DNA of 64,000 nucleotides from Octopus vulgaris (Eukaryota), in NCBI GenBank assembly GCA_951406725.2, contig OX597822.1:110856001-110920000 (forward strand), in the 5' to 3' direction. How positions within the stretch are numbered: the stretch's first letter is position 1; each line of letters opens with the position of its first letter. The translations under genes and the position numbers were made by a program. The notes below the pieces were generated by a model that saw only the letters and a list, made by a program, of their open reading frames with translations, was not told the origin of the DNA and did no database searches. This document shows, one piece after another, positions 12,835 to 27,009 of this stretch.

Positions 12835-13240
12835 AGGAGTGGCTGTGTGGTAAGTAGCTTGCTAACCAACCACATGGTTCCGGGTTCAGTCCCACTGCGT
12901 GGCACCTTGGGCAAGTGTCTTCTACTATAGTCTCGGGCCGGCCAAAGCCGTGTGAGTGGATTTGGTAGACGGAAACTGAAAGAAGCCTGTCGTATATATG
13001 TATATATATGTATATGTATGTGTGTGTTTGTGTGTCTGTGTTTGTCCCCTAGAATTGCTTGACAACCGATGCGGGTGTGTTTACGTCCCCGTCACTTAGC
13101 GTTTCGGCAAAAGAGACCGATAGAATAAGTACTGGGCTTACAAAGAATAAGTCCCGGGGTCGATTTGCTCGACTAAAGGTGGTGCTCCAGCATGGCCGCA
13201 GTTAAATGACTGACACAAGTAAAAGAGTAAAAAAGAGAGA
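12835..13240 (+). mobile_element. SINE family A
   Basis: Full head, microsatellite and tail, near-identical to other copies. Confidence 0.9.
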
Positions 13241-13244
13241 GTAT

Positions 13245-13740
13245 GCTACTGACCTGTAGGTTGTGACCAAATGCATCTCCTGGTTTTTAATCATTGGTGG
13301 AATAAGTGTGAATGCTAACGAGTCTGGAACGTCAATCTCAGTTTCCTTTCCACTTTCGACGAAGTTAACGAATGCTGGTCTGAAGAATGTCAGCTTTCTG
13401 TACCAATAACCGGCTAGCAGGTCCATTCCATGTGATTTCCCATTTGAAATTTGTGCAAAATTGTCTAAAAGAGACCTACTCCTCATTTAAGAGACGTTTG
13501 CACTGTCCATAGCTTATTTAACTACTTGTGTGTTGCCTGTTTATGTTCCATATCGCTCCGTAAAATAACTCTAGATCATTCGAGGGACAGGCTTTAAACA
13601 ATCTTGACGCATGGCCTTTCGTACTGAATTACACTGCTGGAGGGTTTGTAGAGAACTTGTAATTAATGGGTTTTCGATTTAGTGGGTGCTTTAATTAATA
13701 AACTGTTTCTTTGCCGCTTGCAGTTCTCGCTTAAGAAGAA
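13245..13740 (-). pseudogene. Decayed R4/Dong-like RT N-terminal fragment
   Basis: ISNGKSHGMDLLAGYWYRKLTFFRP..IKNQEMH..TYRSVA resembles 'WKAPGPD....FWWKKL....YRPI' of R4-clade RTs. Confidence 0.6.
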
Positions 13741-13793
13741 TTAGCTTGCCCGAATCATACTTATATATATATACATGCATATATATGTATATG

Positions 13794-13877
<84 letters not shown>

Positions 13878-13881
<4 letters not shown>

Positions 13882-14192
13882 TAGATAAACTTAGATGAAC
13901 TTAGATATGTTTCGACCAAATATTGGTCCAGGTCATGTCTAACTTAATAGCACCACCTGATAGGATTATTCGAATCCTGTTTAAGTCAAGTTTTGTTTAA
14001 GTCAAGTTTTGTTCAAGTAGTGAGTTCTTGTTGGGTGAGTTGTATCCAGTTTTGTTCAAGTAGTGAGTTCTTGTTGGGTGAGTTGTATCCAATTATGGGT
14101 GGCTTATCTGGTAATCTTTGAAGGAATCTATCCAGACTCTGTTTAAAGTTGATGGGATCCTTTTCCTCTTTGATCTCTCTCTGGACATATTG
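13878..14192 (-). mobile_element. 3' end of CR1-group LINE (same family as 10898-11176)
   Basis: QREIKEEKDPINFKQSLDRFLQRLPDKPP; 3' tail ..ctaagtt abuts (TA)n; internal ~40-bp duplication at 14007-14091. Confidence 0.85.
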
Positions 14193-14295
14193 GTAAGATA
14201 ACAAAAGAAAGAAAGATACCTCAATATTATGTAAATAGAGCAAATTTATCTGTAAAATATGTGACAATTATTCAATAGCCAAGATAAAACTGGCC

Positions 14296-14358
14296 AGATA
14301 ACCGAAGAGATGGTGTTGTGGATTTCCACTTCGGCATCCGAAACTCAGAGTTTTATCT
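14296..14358 (+). ncRNA. Hammerhead motif (U4C core) inside an inverted-repeat module (14257-14384)
   Basis: AGAUAA-CCGAAGA-GAUG..GUGGA(UU)UCCAC..CAUC-C-GAAA-CUCAGAG-UU-UUAUCU; 6-bp stem I; flanking IR aatatgtgacaattattcaatagccaagataaaact / agttttatcttggctattaaataattgccacatatt. Confidence 0.7.
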
Positions 14359-14388
14359 TGGCTATTAAATAATTGCCACATATTATTT

Positions 14389-14456
<68 letters not shown>

Positions 14457-15275
14457 TGTATATATGTGTGTATGTATGTATGTATGTATGTATGTATGTA
14501 TGTATGTATGTATGTATGTATGTATGTATGTATAGATGTATGTATGTATGGATGTATGTATGTGTGTATGTATGTGTGTATAAATCAATGTATGTATATG
14601 TGTGTATTAATAGGTTATATTTTCGAAGGATGTAGCCTGGGCGGTTGTGTTTCCATTGTAGAACCACGTTAGTATTATTTTAAAATAATACAACAAATGG
14701 TTTTTTTCTGAATGACCATATTAACAGCAGATGTGAAGGCATGCTGGAAACCGTTTGTTTAAGTGTATACGGTTTGATTTTCGAATAAATGGATAATTGT
14801 TTAAATATTCTATATTCTACAAATTTTTGTGGAAACCAGATCGATATTGAGGCCGTCATTGTGCATTGTCTATTACTGTATTGTGTTACAGAGAATGTTT
14901 TAAAACATTTAATCTGCTTGTTGGCTTCTGAAAGCAGGCATTTTGTATTTTGTTAATTTATATTTCAGAAGCGATTAAGACGATGTGTAGATTAAAAGTT
15001 ATATGAATGCAAATACATGAATTTACTTTCGAATAGAATAGAAATGCGCACATAAACAGACAAACATACACACGCATACACGCATGTGTATGCATATACA
15101 TACGTATATACACATAGAGAGATACATACATAAATACACATATATAAATGTATGCATTTATATATGTAGGCGTATACATACATATATATATAAATATATT
15201 TATTTATATGTCTGTACATATGTATATATTTATATGTATATACGTACATATACGTACATATACATACATATACAA

Positions 15276-15316
<41 letters not shown>

Positions 15317-17394
15317 TATACATACACACATATATATGTATATATATTGAAACACACATATGCCCATCTTATGAATGTATGAAGGTATGTGTGCACATTA
15401 ACTGCACCATCACATTTTTATGCATTAATTTTATATATATGCATACGCACAAATACACACACATATTTGTATATATGTGAGTGTGTGTGTTCTTGTATGT
15501 GTGTGGATGAAAGAGAGAGAGGGTGGGGAAGGAGAACAGGTATATATTTGAGAATTTGCATGTATCATTTTGAAAATATATATTACACTTTAGAAATTTC
15601 CGCTTTGGAGGTGTTATGCTGATTTCCCAGATATTTTAGAGAATATGCAATTCATAACTTTTCTAATAATATAATTTAGTTATTTGTTGAGTGAAAATAG
15701 TAATTGATAAAAACATTGAATGGAAAAAGTAAAGCAAAATAATTATCCATTGAAAGAATTAAGACAAGTCTGTAAATATATTCCCCGGAGCAATTTAAAT
15801 AGAAAAACGTAATGTTGTAGAACAGATTTTAAAATTCTACATTATTTTGTTTTCCTTTTCTAATTCATCATTTGAATGTTCAAAAGTTATTATATTTTAT
15901 ACATTTTACACTTTTATATGGAACTATCCACGTCTTCTAAGATGATTTTAGCACACGGCACCTAATCATTATACGTCAAGTATTTTAAAAACATTACTTA
16001 TATGCTTTACTTCCATTGATGTTCTGTTTTTAATAGGAAAATATATCTTTGACTTTAATATTCTCGGTAAAAACATAAATGTTCGCTTCTGCTTATTGTT
16101 ATTGACGTGAACGATATTCTATCAACGAGATGACAATATTGGATTTTTCAAATTTTCACAATGTGGTGTAGTAGTATATTACTCGTCTACACCTATGTTT
16201 TGCCTTATTTATTATTCAGCAACCTTCGTCTGCCTTCTTTAGATTACTAACGGACATTTATAGTAACCATCAATCATGACTTTATTACAGAAAACAATGT
16301 CGATAGGTTTCGGCCATAAAACTCTCTGTTTCTACAACGTTTAGTTTGTTGTTGCTATGTACTTTAAAGTCAGAAAAGTCTTCAAGCTATGACCGTCCAA
16401 TAACTTTAATTATTTAAGATTTCAGTATCGGCTTATTTTTCATATTTGAAGGCAGAATACTGCGAATTGAACGTTAAGCTGCTTCTTCTTGTTGATTGTG
16501 CAAGTACTCAGAGACTTCCCCAGTGGATCATGTTTATTATGGACAATTATACACAGGAGAGCAATGTTTCAGCTTCGGCTTGGCCACAGTCCTCAGTATG
16601 AATCTGTTTTATTTATCGACTCTGACGTTAGAATTATGTGAGTGGTATAATGTGCAGTGTTACGTCTATAGAGGTTAACAGAAAACTGTTATTCGCATTG
16701 AGCTAATCTATACTAAATTGGTTCGGCTCGAATGATTGTTTTGTGTTTTGGCTACTACCATTGAAAGACCCTCGCCATTATTAGAGAGAAGAGAATCAAC
16801 GGCAGAGAGTTTTTGCACGATTAGGAATATTTACATTTAAGGAAGGTTTTAGTGTTTTATTTAATAGAGCTAATTAGATATGCCCAATAGCATGAAACAA
16901 CTGCTTCTTGCTTCACCAATTAATATTAATTTCATACTAATATGTTTATGCAGCTTGCGGTAATTCTCAGTGTGAATTACAATTATTTAAACAACCGATA
17001 TGTCGACCTACAGACTTTTATAACTGAATTTCACGCATCACAAACGTTATATTTGCGTGCATTCTACTAATAAATGAACTCGAGTGCGTTTCTCACTCAA
17101 ATACAATGCAGTGGAATTTTGTAATGATAAAGTTATTTATTAAAATATTTGATTTTGCTTTTATCAGGTGAATATGCAAAATAAATATTAAATGTTGCTT
17201 ACATGTATACCCACACATACGCAAAGGAGAAGTTGGTTCCTGATACATATATCATCAATAGCTGTATAGAAGAGATAGATGGAATGTGTTTAGATTGGTA
17301 TTCTTATATACTTCGTGATAGCGCTTTATAATACTGAAATCATTTCAGTTCTGATTTACCCTACATTGTGCATGCAAAGATATTTAATTGATCA

Positions 17395-17776
17395 GGCGCA
17401 ATGGCCCAGTGGTTAGGGCAGCGGACTCGCGGTCATAGGATCGCGGTTTCGACTCCCAGACCGGGCGTTGTGAGTGTTTATTGAGCGAAAACACCTAAAA
17501 GCTCCACGAGGCTCCGGCAGGGGATGGTGGTGATCCCTGCTGTACTCTTTCACCACAACTTTCTTTCACTCTTACTTCCTGTTTCTGTTGTACCTGTATT
17601 TCAAAGGGCCGGCCTTGTCACTCTCTGTGTCACGCTGAATATCCCCGAGAACTACGTTAAGGGTACACGTGTCTGTGGAGTACTCAGCCACTTACACGCT
17701 AATTTCACGAGCAGGCTGTTCCGTTGATTCGGATCAACCGGAATCCTCGTCGTCGTAACCGACGGAGTGCTTCCAC
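17395..17776 (+). mobile_element. SINE family C (tRNA-derived)
   Basis: Head ggcgcaatggcccagtggttagggcagcgg...gtttcgactccc; tail cgtcgtaaccgacggagtgcttcca; TSD-like atttaatt(g/a)atca. Confidence 0.9.
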
Positions 17777-18238
17777 CATTTAATTAATCATGAACATCCA
17801 AAGAACAAAAATGCAAATACTGCTAGCTACTAATGTACTAGTCTAAACCATGTCTACTTCATAAGCAAATGATCTATGATTCTGATAGAAGAAAGATGGA
17901 TAGGTTTTTTTTTATTTTCCCGAAACGCGATTAACAACGAGTCCTTTAGAAAACGCCCTTATCCTTTATTCCATACTCCTAGAGTTTTATGGTATAGAAG
18001 GAAAATATTTATATCATTTATTCTTATTTCACCGGCAGCGAGATTACATTCCATTTTTTCGACTTCTCTCGCTTCTTCTCTCGTCCTATTTTTAATTTGT
18101 TATGCCATGTGGGCAGTGTCTGATAATTGTGATGCAACAATGGTTGGCATGTTCTCGGCACATGAAACAAATAGTAGCACATAAAAAGATATATTGCTGT
18201 GTCGGATTTATGATTTACTGAAGAAATATAGATGTGTG

Positions 18239-18284
<46 letters not shown>

Positions 18285-18471
18285 GGTGAGTTGACGAAAT
18301 ACGACAAGCGTTTTTGAGCTACATCTATGAGGAATGGACGGCGTGTTGTGACCAGGGGTGTCGAAGTGATGCCAGACGGTATGTGCGGTCAAGGTGATCA
18401 AGGTGATATATGTATATATACATATATACATACATACATACATACATACATACATACGTACATACATACGT

Positions 18472-18547
<76 letters not shown>

Positions 18548-18574
18548 ATGTATGTTTATGAGCCTGTGTGTGTA

Positions 18575-19280
18575 TTCTATATTTTCTTTCAGTCATTAGA
18601 CTGCGGTCATGCTGGGGCACAAACTAGAAGAATATTAGTCGAACGAATCGAAACCAGGACATACTTTGGTTTTTTGAACCTGATACTTATCGGATAGGGT
18701 AAGTGCCAAGTTTAATAGTTTTGGTCTGCCTTAAATATTTTCTAGAATATTAATTATAGAAGTGATAGCGTTTTCTTTCTGATGATGCAAGGCCATGCCG
18801 GGTTACATTTTCATGGACAAAAATATTACAAAAATATGAATGCGTATACATTTCGTCATCGCATTCCTCTTACTGCTGTTATCTTTTGTTTGTTCCAGTT
18901 GTTAGTCTGTAGCCATGCTGGGGCAGCGCTTTGAAGCATTTTACTTTAATGAACCGATTCCAGACCTATTTTTGTTTATTAAACTTGGTAACTGTACGAT
19001 CGGTTCTTTGGCCGAACCGCTCGGTCACGGGGACGTACACACAATCGAGCAATGGCGGCGACACACAGGAGTACAAAGACACAGAGCCACAAACACACAG
19101 ACACACACACTCACACACACAAGGGCTTCCTTTCAGTTTTCGTATACGAAATCCACTAACAAATCTTTTGTCGGTCCAAGGCTATAGTAGAAGCTACTTT
19201 CTCAAGATTCGAAGTTGCTACGTAGTGGGACTGAACCTGGAACCATCCTGTTGGAAGCAAACTTCTTATCACTTAGTCAA
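18575..19280 (-). mobile_element. Older, diverged SINE family A-related pieces
   Basis: Degenerate tail (gccatgctggggca) at 18575-18700 and a more complete diverged copy at 18885-19280. Confidence 0.65.
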
Positions 19281-21344
19281 TGCTTTTCATAATACATAGT
19301 GATAAATTAGGAAAGAGTTAGTATTACTAGGATAAAAGATACTAACGCTTTAATATCTCCGTTTATATATAGTAAGGTCTTTTTAATGACATCATCGCAG
19401 ATTTGGTCCTAAAATTTCAACACCTTTTTCCTACAACATAAATATTTTCTAAAAATCCAAACTTTGTCCCTGGACTATTTTTACTGCTGCTGAGAACCAC
19501 AAGTTTCATTTAAGTGTGGGCAATTCTACGTGTAGAACGTCTTGTGTAGTGTTTGCAGGTTTACATAAAAGCTATATACTAGCACACAAAATTGGATTTA
19601 TGAGTAGCTCTCTGCTCGTAATTAATATTTAGAACGAAGATTAAAACTTGCTGATCATTTACACTGGTTACGAGACCAACAGCATTCCGAAACTGCTTGC
19701 AAACGGACATCACTGGAGGGGGGAAAGAAAGGGAAGAAAACCGAAAAATTACATGGTGTAGTTAATCAAAGTTGTAATGAGAGTGGCCAATATCACATGG
19801 CCGGATGCACAGTAAACAACAACTAACAGAAACCAGTGGCGTCAAATTGTCGCATAATGTGCTTCATTGCAGAGGGGAAAATGATTCTTATCTGCTCGTA
19901 ACTTGGTTTTAGAAGGTTTTGTACTGTCATTTCTTTTTTTTTTTTTCTATCAGCCCTTTCACGTTTATTCGTTCTTTCGTTTCCCCTCTCTCACATTTCC
20001 CTGCCTTCTCTTCGTGCTCACTTCCCCCCTCTTTTCACTTCGCTTATGTCCCTGTAATTTTTTCTCGTTCCTCCTTAATTCTTCTGTCCCTCTCCCTCTA
20101 CCTCTCTATCTCTCTTCTCTCCCCACGTGACCGGTATTCAGCCAAGACTGACCTTTCGAAGATTTAAATTTTTTTTTACGTACAAAATTTATAGGACTGA
20201 CCACTAAAAGCATGGACAACCTATATGCTAGATATAGACGTCAAAATCGCCATTTTCCACGAAGAATGTGTTCTCAAGAAAACATTCAGCAAAAAAACAA
20301 AGTGCAAAAATAAGCAAGACAAATTAAAATATACGAAAATTAAAAAAATCGATTACCTATGTACTAATTAGTTTCACTTGTTAATATTTACGTATATGGA
20401 TACGCAAACATCTACATGATCATCAGCATAGTCTGTCGTTTACTAAACGTACATTTTAAAAATCTTTCAGGTTTAATGTGTTTAAGACCTACAGTGTATC
20501 ATGACGGTGCCCTCGCTAATCCAGATATAAGTCAGAGTGAAAGCAAGTTCAAGCTGTGCTTCTCTTGTGACACCAAAGATTGGGGCATCCAAAACCATTG
20601 GCGATATGAATAAGGGGAATCAGTGTCAAGCGGAAATAGAACCTGCATCTCGCATTTATTTCATCATAAGATTTACTCTTCCTATATTGTAACAAATATC
20701 AAATTTAAATATTGTCTACCATGTGAAAACCGAAGAATATCTTCTCAATTCATGTTGTCTTATCAAAATTTTTATTTATTTAGTATTATATATCCTGTTT
20801 TCAATAGCACCTCGTAAGGAAGACGTAGAAAGAATCTTTATAGAATTATTGAAAATGGTGTAATTGCATTAGTTGTCGTATGTATTCAATTAGTAAATGA
20901 CATACTTCTGTTACAAATGCTACACCCACACTCATCCAACACATAAATATGTACGTGGACAAGAATATTACAAGTAATTTAATTATAAGAGATATTCACA
21001 AATGTGTGTTGCCACATACAACGTCTAGATGGTCCTAACTGAACATATACAAATTCATTTATGTTGTACATAGAGTATTTACTTACACACAAATCCTCCT
21101 ATTTTAAAATATATTGAAGTGCGATTGTATGGCAGTCATGCCTCTCTCAGGGTAAATAGGTAAAAAGAAAACAATATGTAAAATAATCAATAAATCAATG
21201 CCGAGTTGCAGATTCAACTCACTTCGATTTTTGCCTTCTGTCACAGTCATTCTGGTTTCATCAACAAGGTAATAAAAGAAAAAAAAACCATTGAATTCAA
21301 TGTTTCAAATACGGAGAACCGCATCTCTCAGATGCCTGAACTTT

Positions 21345-21662
21345 CGGAAGCACTCCGTCGGTTACGATTACGAGGGTTCCCGTTGATCCGTATCAACGGA
21401 ACAGCCTGCTCGTGAAATTAACGTGTAAGTGGCTGAGCACTCCACAGGCACGTGTACCCTTAACGTAGTTCTCGGGGATATTCAGCGTGACACAGAGAGT
21501 GACAAGGCCGGCCCTTTGAAATACAGGTACAACAGAAACAGGAAGTAAGGGTGATAGAAAGTTGTGGTGAAAGAGTACAGCAGGGATCACCACCATCCCC
21601 TGCCGGAGTGTCATGGAGCTTTAGGTGTTTTCGCTCAATAAACACTCACAACGCCCGGTCTG
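21345..21662 (-). mobile_element. SINE family C, 5'-truncated
   Basis: Reverse complement of 17460-17776. Confidence 0.9.
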
Positions 21663-22049
21663 CATGTACGCTGGTGTAATTAGAAACGGCTTGTTACCTA
21701 GCGATGACTAATAGATTCACATTGCATCAAAGGGTTTGATATTTTATTTAAGTGAAATGGTCCAGCATACTGTTATATTTGATGGATAAATAAGTAAAAG
21801 AATTTATATTTTCATGTTCATATCTATACATTTATCAAAGAACTAAAGAATCGATATCCACACGAGTATTATATCTCACTCATACACACTCGATCCGCTA
21901 ACTGTAAGTGGTTACAGTTTATCAACGAAGGAGCAAGCGTGAAGCGTGATATACAACGCGTAGCTTATTAAGACGATTTTTTTTTTCACGTTTCTTCAAT
22001 TCCGTGCCACCGTGACCGTCATGTTGACATGTTTTCGTTCGACACTTTG

Positions 22050-22507
22050 ACTACTCTTTCTTACTTGTATCAATCATTTGACTGCGGCCATGCTGGAGCA
22101 CTGCCTTTAGTCGAGTCAAATCGACCCCAGGACTTATTCTTTGTAAGCCTAGTACTTATTCTATCGGTCTCTTTTGCCGAACCGCTAGGTTACGGGGACG
22201 TAAACACACCAGCATCGGTTTTCAAGCGATGTTAAGGGGACAAATACAGATACACACACACACACACGTGCGCACACACAAACACACACACGCGCGCGCG
22301 CGCATATATATACTTATACATATATACGACGGGCTTCTTTCAGTTTCTGTCTACCAAATCCACTCACAAGGCTTTGGTCGGCCCGAGGTTATAGTAGAAG
22401 ACACTTGCCCAAGATGCCACGCAGTGGGACTGAACCCGGAACCATGCGGTTCGTAAGCAAGCTACTTACCACACAGCCACTCCTGCGCCTTACCACACAG
22501 CCACTCC
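22050..22507 (-). mobile_element. SINE family A, with duplicated 5' end
   Basis: Full copy; ttaccacacagccactcct occurs twice at the head. Confidence 0.9.
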
Positions 22508-22754
22508 TTTATGAACTGTTGACCAGTTCATAAACTGGAAATATGTTCATTCCTATTTCATCTGCAGCTATGGCTCTCATGGCGTAGTTTCTAATGTTTT
22601 TCACTGTTGTTTATAGAAATGCTATCTATGGTTGTAGTCATTTCATTTGCTACTTCGTTGGCTGTTCTAATAATCATTAGTCGGTTTTGCTATTGTTCTT
22701 TTTCTGTTTGTTTTACTTCAGATACTGTGTTAGTAGTATTAGTTCTTTAAAAGA

Positions 22755-22970
22755 TTACTCTTTACTCTTTTAATTGTTTCAGTCATTTTGACTGCGGCCA
22801 TGCTGGAGCACCGCCTTTAGTCGAGCAAATCGACCCCAGGACTTATTCTTTGTAAGCCCAGTACTTATTCTATCGGTCTCTTTTTGCCGAACCGCTAAGT
22901 AACGGGGACGTAAACACACCAGCATCAGTTGTCAAGCAATGCTAGGGGGACAAACACAGCAGACACACAA

Positions 22971-23001
<31 letters not shown>

Positions 23002-23236
23002 CGACAGGCTTCTTTCAGTTTCCGTCTACCAAATCCACTCACAAGGCATTGGTCAGCCCGAGGCTATAGCAGAAGACACTTGCCCAAGATGCCGCGCAGT
23101 GGGACTGAACCCGGGACCATGTGGTTGGTAAGCAAGCTACTTGCCACACAACCACTCCTACGCATATAGCCACTCCTACGCCTATAGCCACTCCTACGCC
23201 TATAGCCACTCCTACGCCTATAGCCACTCCTACGCC
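22755..23236 (-). mobile_element. SINE family A with 18-bp x~5 amplification of its 5' terminus
   Basis: Full copy followed by (ccactcctacgcctatag)n at 23152-23236. Confidence 0.9.
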
Positions 23237-23518
23237 TTGTTTATTTGTATATTGTTGTTCACTGATAAAATAGTTTATAATAATTTCTCGTTTATATACG
23301 GATCAGTTCGGTACTTCTCCAGTTACTGCTTGCTGATGACGTAGTTCATATCTAATATCGCTAAACTCGTCATTTTATCTGCTTCATGAATTTTCATTTA
23401 TATATTAAGTCGCCGAAGACAGTTTTGATGTAATCCGTGTGAGTATGGCAACTATTTCAAATCTGGCGTCTTTAAACTGTTAATCTTTGTTCCGGGAATT
23501 AATGTGTTCCGTACATTA

Positions 23519-24023
23519 CCGTAAATCCTCGAGTATAATTCGCCTTTGAGTATAATACGCAGGGGATTGATTTTTAGGGCGCTGTACTTCTGAAAAGCCT
23601 AAACCTTGTGTATAATACGCACCCCTTCTCTAGCTTGAATCATGGAGGTCTATATTGCGTCATTGGTTTGTAAAACTGTTCACGGTAACGTCCTTTATTA
23701 TTGTTGTATATATAACATGATGCAAACGTGTAGCTTTTTTGTGCATAGAAAATAAAGAAATAACAGTAATAACAGCGATAACGTTTAATAAATGTTGCTT
23801 ACTGCAAGTTATTTATGATTTCATTGCTTTCAGGCTTAGCTTAAGGTATTTTCGCGTCCGACATCACAAAATGCGTCTGAATAAACATTGCCGGACAGCA
23901 AATAGAGACTGGGACATTGCTTATAAGATATTTTTCATTTTTAACCTCGTATATAGTACGCACTAGGGATTTTGACCTTTAAATTTGGGGGAAAATATAC
24001 GGATTATACTCGAGGATTTACGG
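23519..24023. mobile_element. Tc1/mariner(pogo)-type MITE, about 505 bp
   Basis: 21-bp perfect TIR ccgtaaatcctcgagtataat / attatactcgaggatttacgg; TA on the left; internal tataatacgca subterminal repeats. Confidence 0.85.
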
Positions 24024-24564
24024 TGTGCTATAGATATATAACAGAACTGTTGTACTTCCATTGCTGTGTATGTTGTACTACTGAATGTTTACCCTCTGTG
24101 CAATACGGCCCAGCTTTTGAAAATGAATACCTTCTGGAATCTCATATTCATATTTACTGCATAATTGCAATATATTCTGCAGGTGTATAATCATATCTTA
24201 GAACTATTTGCTTAAGGGATGCTACACTCTATTTTTTTTTATATACACATATCTATCTATATCTACAGCTTTTATATATATAAATCTGTTGTGTGGACGC
24301 CCCCAGACGATGAAGTAGACTAGCCCAATATGTAGATATAGAGGGAGAAGTCTAGACGTCGAGAGAGAGTAGTTGAGAGCAGAAGAGAACAGTTGAGTAG
24401 CGGTGAAAGCAGTGTTGGGTAGAAGGCATCCGAACATGCGACATAACAAAATCTCTCTGAAGTCCCAAAAGGGGTACGAGACATTGTTTTTATAGAAATC
24501 TCGTGGAAGCAGTGAACATCATGCGCATACCTAGTTTTATATATCCTAACTTTTGCTCGGGCAA

Positions 24565-25353
24565 ATACTTTGTCAAAATTGTCGCTCTACCCCTTCAATT
24601 AATCTGTATATTTCTTAGATTATGAGTAGCTACCTCTTAATAGACAAGGTTTTAAACATTTCAGGTTATAGGGTCTATATTTTGTCGAAATTTTCCATCT
24701 ACCCCTTCAATTAATTTGTATATTTCTTAGATTATGAGTAATTATCTCTTAATAGACAAGGTCTTAAACATTTCAGGTTATAGGGTCTATATTTTGTCGA
24801 AATTTTCCATCTACCCCTTCAATTAATTTGTATATTTCTTAGATTATGAGTAATTATCTCTTAATAGACAAGGTCTTAAACATTTCAGGTTATAGGGTCT
24901 ATATTTTGTCGAAATTTTCCATCTACCCCTTCAATTAATTTGTATATTTCTTAGATTATGAGTTATTATCTCTTAATAGACAAGGTCTTAAACATTTCAG
25001 GTTATAGGGTCTATATTTTGTCGAAATTTTCCATCTACCCCTTCAATTAATTTGTATATTACTTAGATTATGAGTAAGTATCTCTTAATAGACAAGGTCT
25101 TAAACATTTCAGGTTATAGGGTCTATATTTTGTCGAAATTTTCCATCTGCCCCTTCAATTAATTTGTATATTACTTAGATTATGAGTAATTATTTCTTAA
25201 TAGACAAGGTCTTAAAAATTTCAGGTTATAGGGTCTATACTTTGTCGAAATTTTCGCTCTACCCCTTCAATTAATTTGTATATTACTTAGATTATGAATA
25301 ATTATCTCTTAATAGACAAGGTCTTAAACATTTCAGGTTACAGGGTCTATATT
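24565..25353. repeat. 112-bp minisatellite x7
   Basis: ctaccccttcaatt recurs at 24587, 24699, 24811 and onward, spacing 112; internal units nearly identical. Confidence 0.95.
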
Positions 25354-25682
25354 TCCAGACGTAGTGTGACGTACAGCATCGATGGAACGCTTGGTAATTA
25401 GCATGATTATAGCTGAATTTTCTATGGCCCTTATTAAGTAGCTTGTGGCACGGAGAGGTGGTTGGGGAATGTTAACAGAATACAGTTTGAAAGCTCAGAT
25501 TGTTATTACATTTCTCTCTAAGATTAGGCTGAAGGGTTAACTTATGGGGTACTTGTTTGATTTTGTTTGGCTTCTGCCATTTTGATTACCGCTTTCTCAC
25601 TTGTATGACTGCGTGCTTATACCACAAGTAGGAGCGTATTGTGAAGCTATGAAAGTTCCTTGGTACACAAACACAAACATCC

Positions 25683-25914
25683 TATTGCTTTACTACCCAC
25701 AAGGGGCTGAACACAGAGAGGACAAACAAGGACAGACAAACGGATTAAGTCGATTAGATCGACCCCAGTGCGTAACTGGTACGTAATTTATCGACCCCGA
25801 AAGGATGAAAGGCAAAGTCGTCCTCGGCGGAATTTGAACTCAGAACGCAGCGGCGGACGAAATACCACAAAGCATTTCGCCCGGCGTGCTAACGTCTCTG
25901 CCAGCTCGCCGCCT
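25683..25914 (-). mobile_element. SINE family B
   Basis: ggcggcgagctggcag..gagttcaaattcc..gcctttcatcctttcggggtcgataaa..; TSD caaacacaaacatcc. Confidence 0.9.
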
Positions 25915-26154
25915 TCAAACACAAACATCCACACACGCAGATACTCACGCACCCATAAACACACACACACACATACACACGCATACACACACACACACAC
26001 ACAAATACACACAAACACACACACGCAAGTACACATATATTTGTATCTCTGTGGGAAAGAGGTACAGATAGTGAAAGCAACAGCGAAGTAAATGGGACGT
26101 GTTTGCTTATGTGTAGCATGTGGTAGGAATATGTTTAATACTTTTAGTAAATAT

Positions 26155-26440
26155 AGGCGTAGGAGTGGCTGTGTGGCACGTAGCTTGTTATATATGTATA
26201 TATATATATGTGTGTGTGTTTTGTGTGTCTGTGTTTGTCCCCCTAGCATTGCTTGACAACCGATGCTGGTGTGTTTATGTCCCCTTTACTTAGCGGTTCG
26301 GCAAAAGAGACCGATAGAATAAGTACTGGTCTTACAAAAGAATAAGTCCCGGGGTCGAGTTGCTCGATTAAAGGCGGTGCTCCAACATGACCGCAGTCAA
26401 ATGACTGAAACAAGTAAAAGTGTAAAAGAGAGTAAAGGGA
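26155..26440 (+). mobile_element. SINE family A with internal deletion
   Basis: About 30 nt of head joined directly to the internal microsatellite and tail. Confidence 0.85.
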
Positions 26441-26760
26441 GTAATAATCAAAACAGAAGATATTCAGACACGTAAGCCTAACATTTGCTGTGATCTAAAT
26501 CCTAATAAGGGAGCTTCATTGCACTTTATTATCATTCAGTTTCTGTTTTTTTTGTATATGAATAATTGAAGAAATAAGAGTTACAGTCACCTATGATGTG
26601 TAAAAAAGATAATTGAAATCACAAACTGAACTGGCATTTTCAAAATTCAAAAGTTGGGTATCGAAAATTTGCAAAATGCTCCAAAGAATCCCCATTCCAT
26701 TTAAATCTCAAAAAGCATCGTAAAGACGTCGTTTCAGATATGTATCCGGTTTAAAACAGA

Positions 26761-26976
26761 TACTCTCTTTTACTCGTTTTCAGTCATTTTGACTGTGGCC
26801 ATGCTGGAGCACCGCCTTTAGTCGAGTCAAATCGACCCCGGGACTTATTCTTTTGTAAGCCCAGTACTTATTCTATCGGTCTCTTTTTGCCGAACCGCTA
26901 AGTGACGGGGACGTAAACACACCAGCATCGGTTGTCAAGCAATGCTAGAGAGACAAACACAAACACACAAACACGT

Positions 26977-27009
<33 letters not shown>

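Noticed and set aside
17395-17465. SINE heads as functional tRNA genes
   Set aside because: A/B boxes run into SINE bodies with TSDs; no complete cloverleaf or terminator.
24565-25353. Regular repeats as a CRISPR array (also 34132-34716 and 11003-11082)
   Set aside because: Head-to-tail units with no unique spacers, no cas genes, eukaryotic context.
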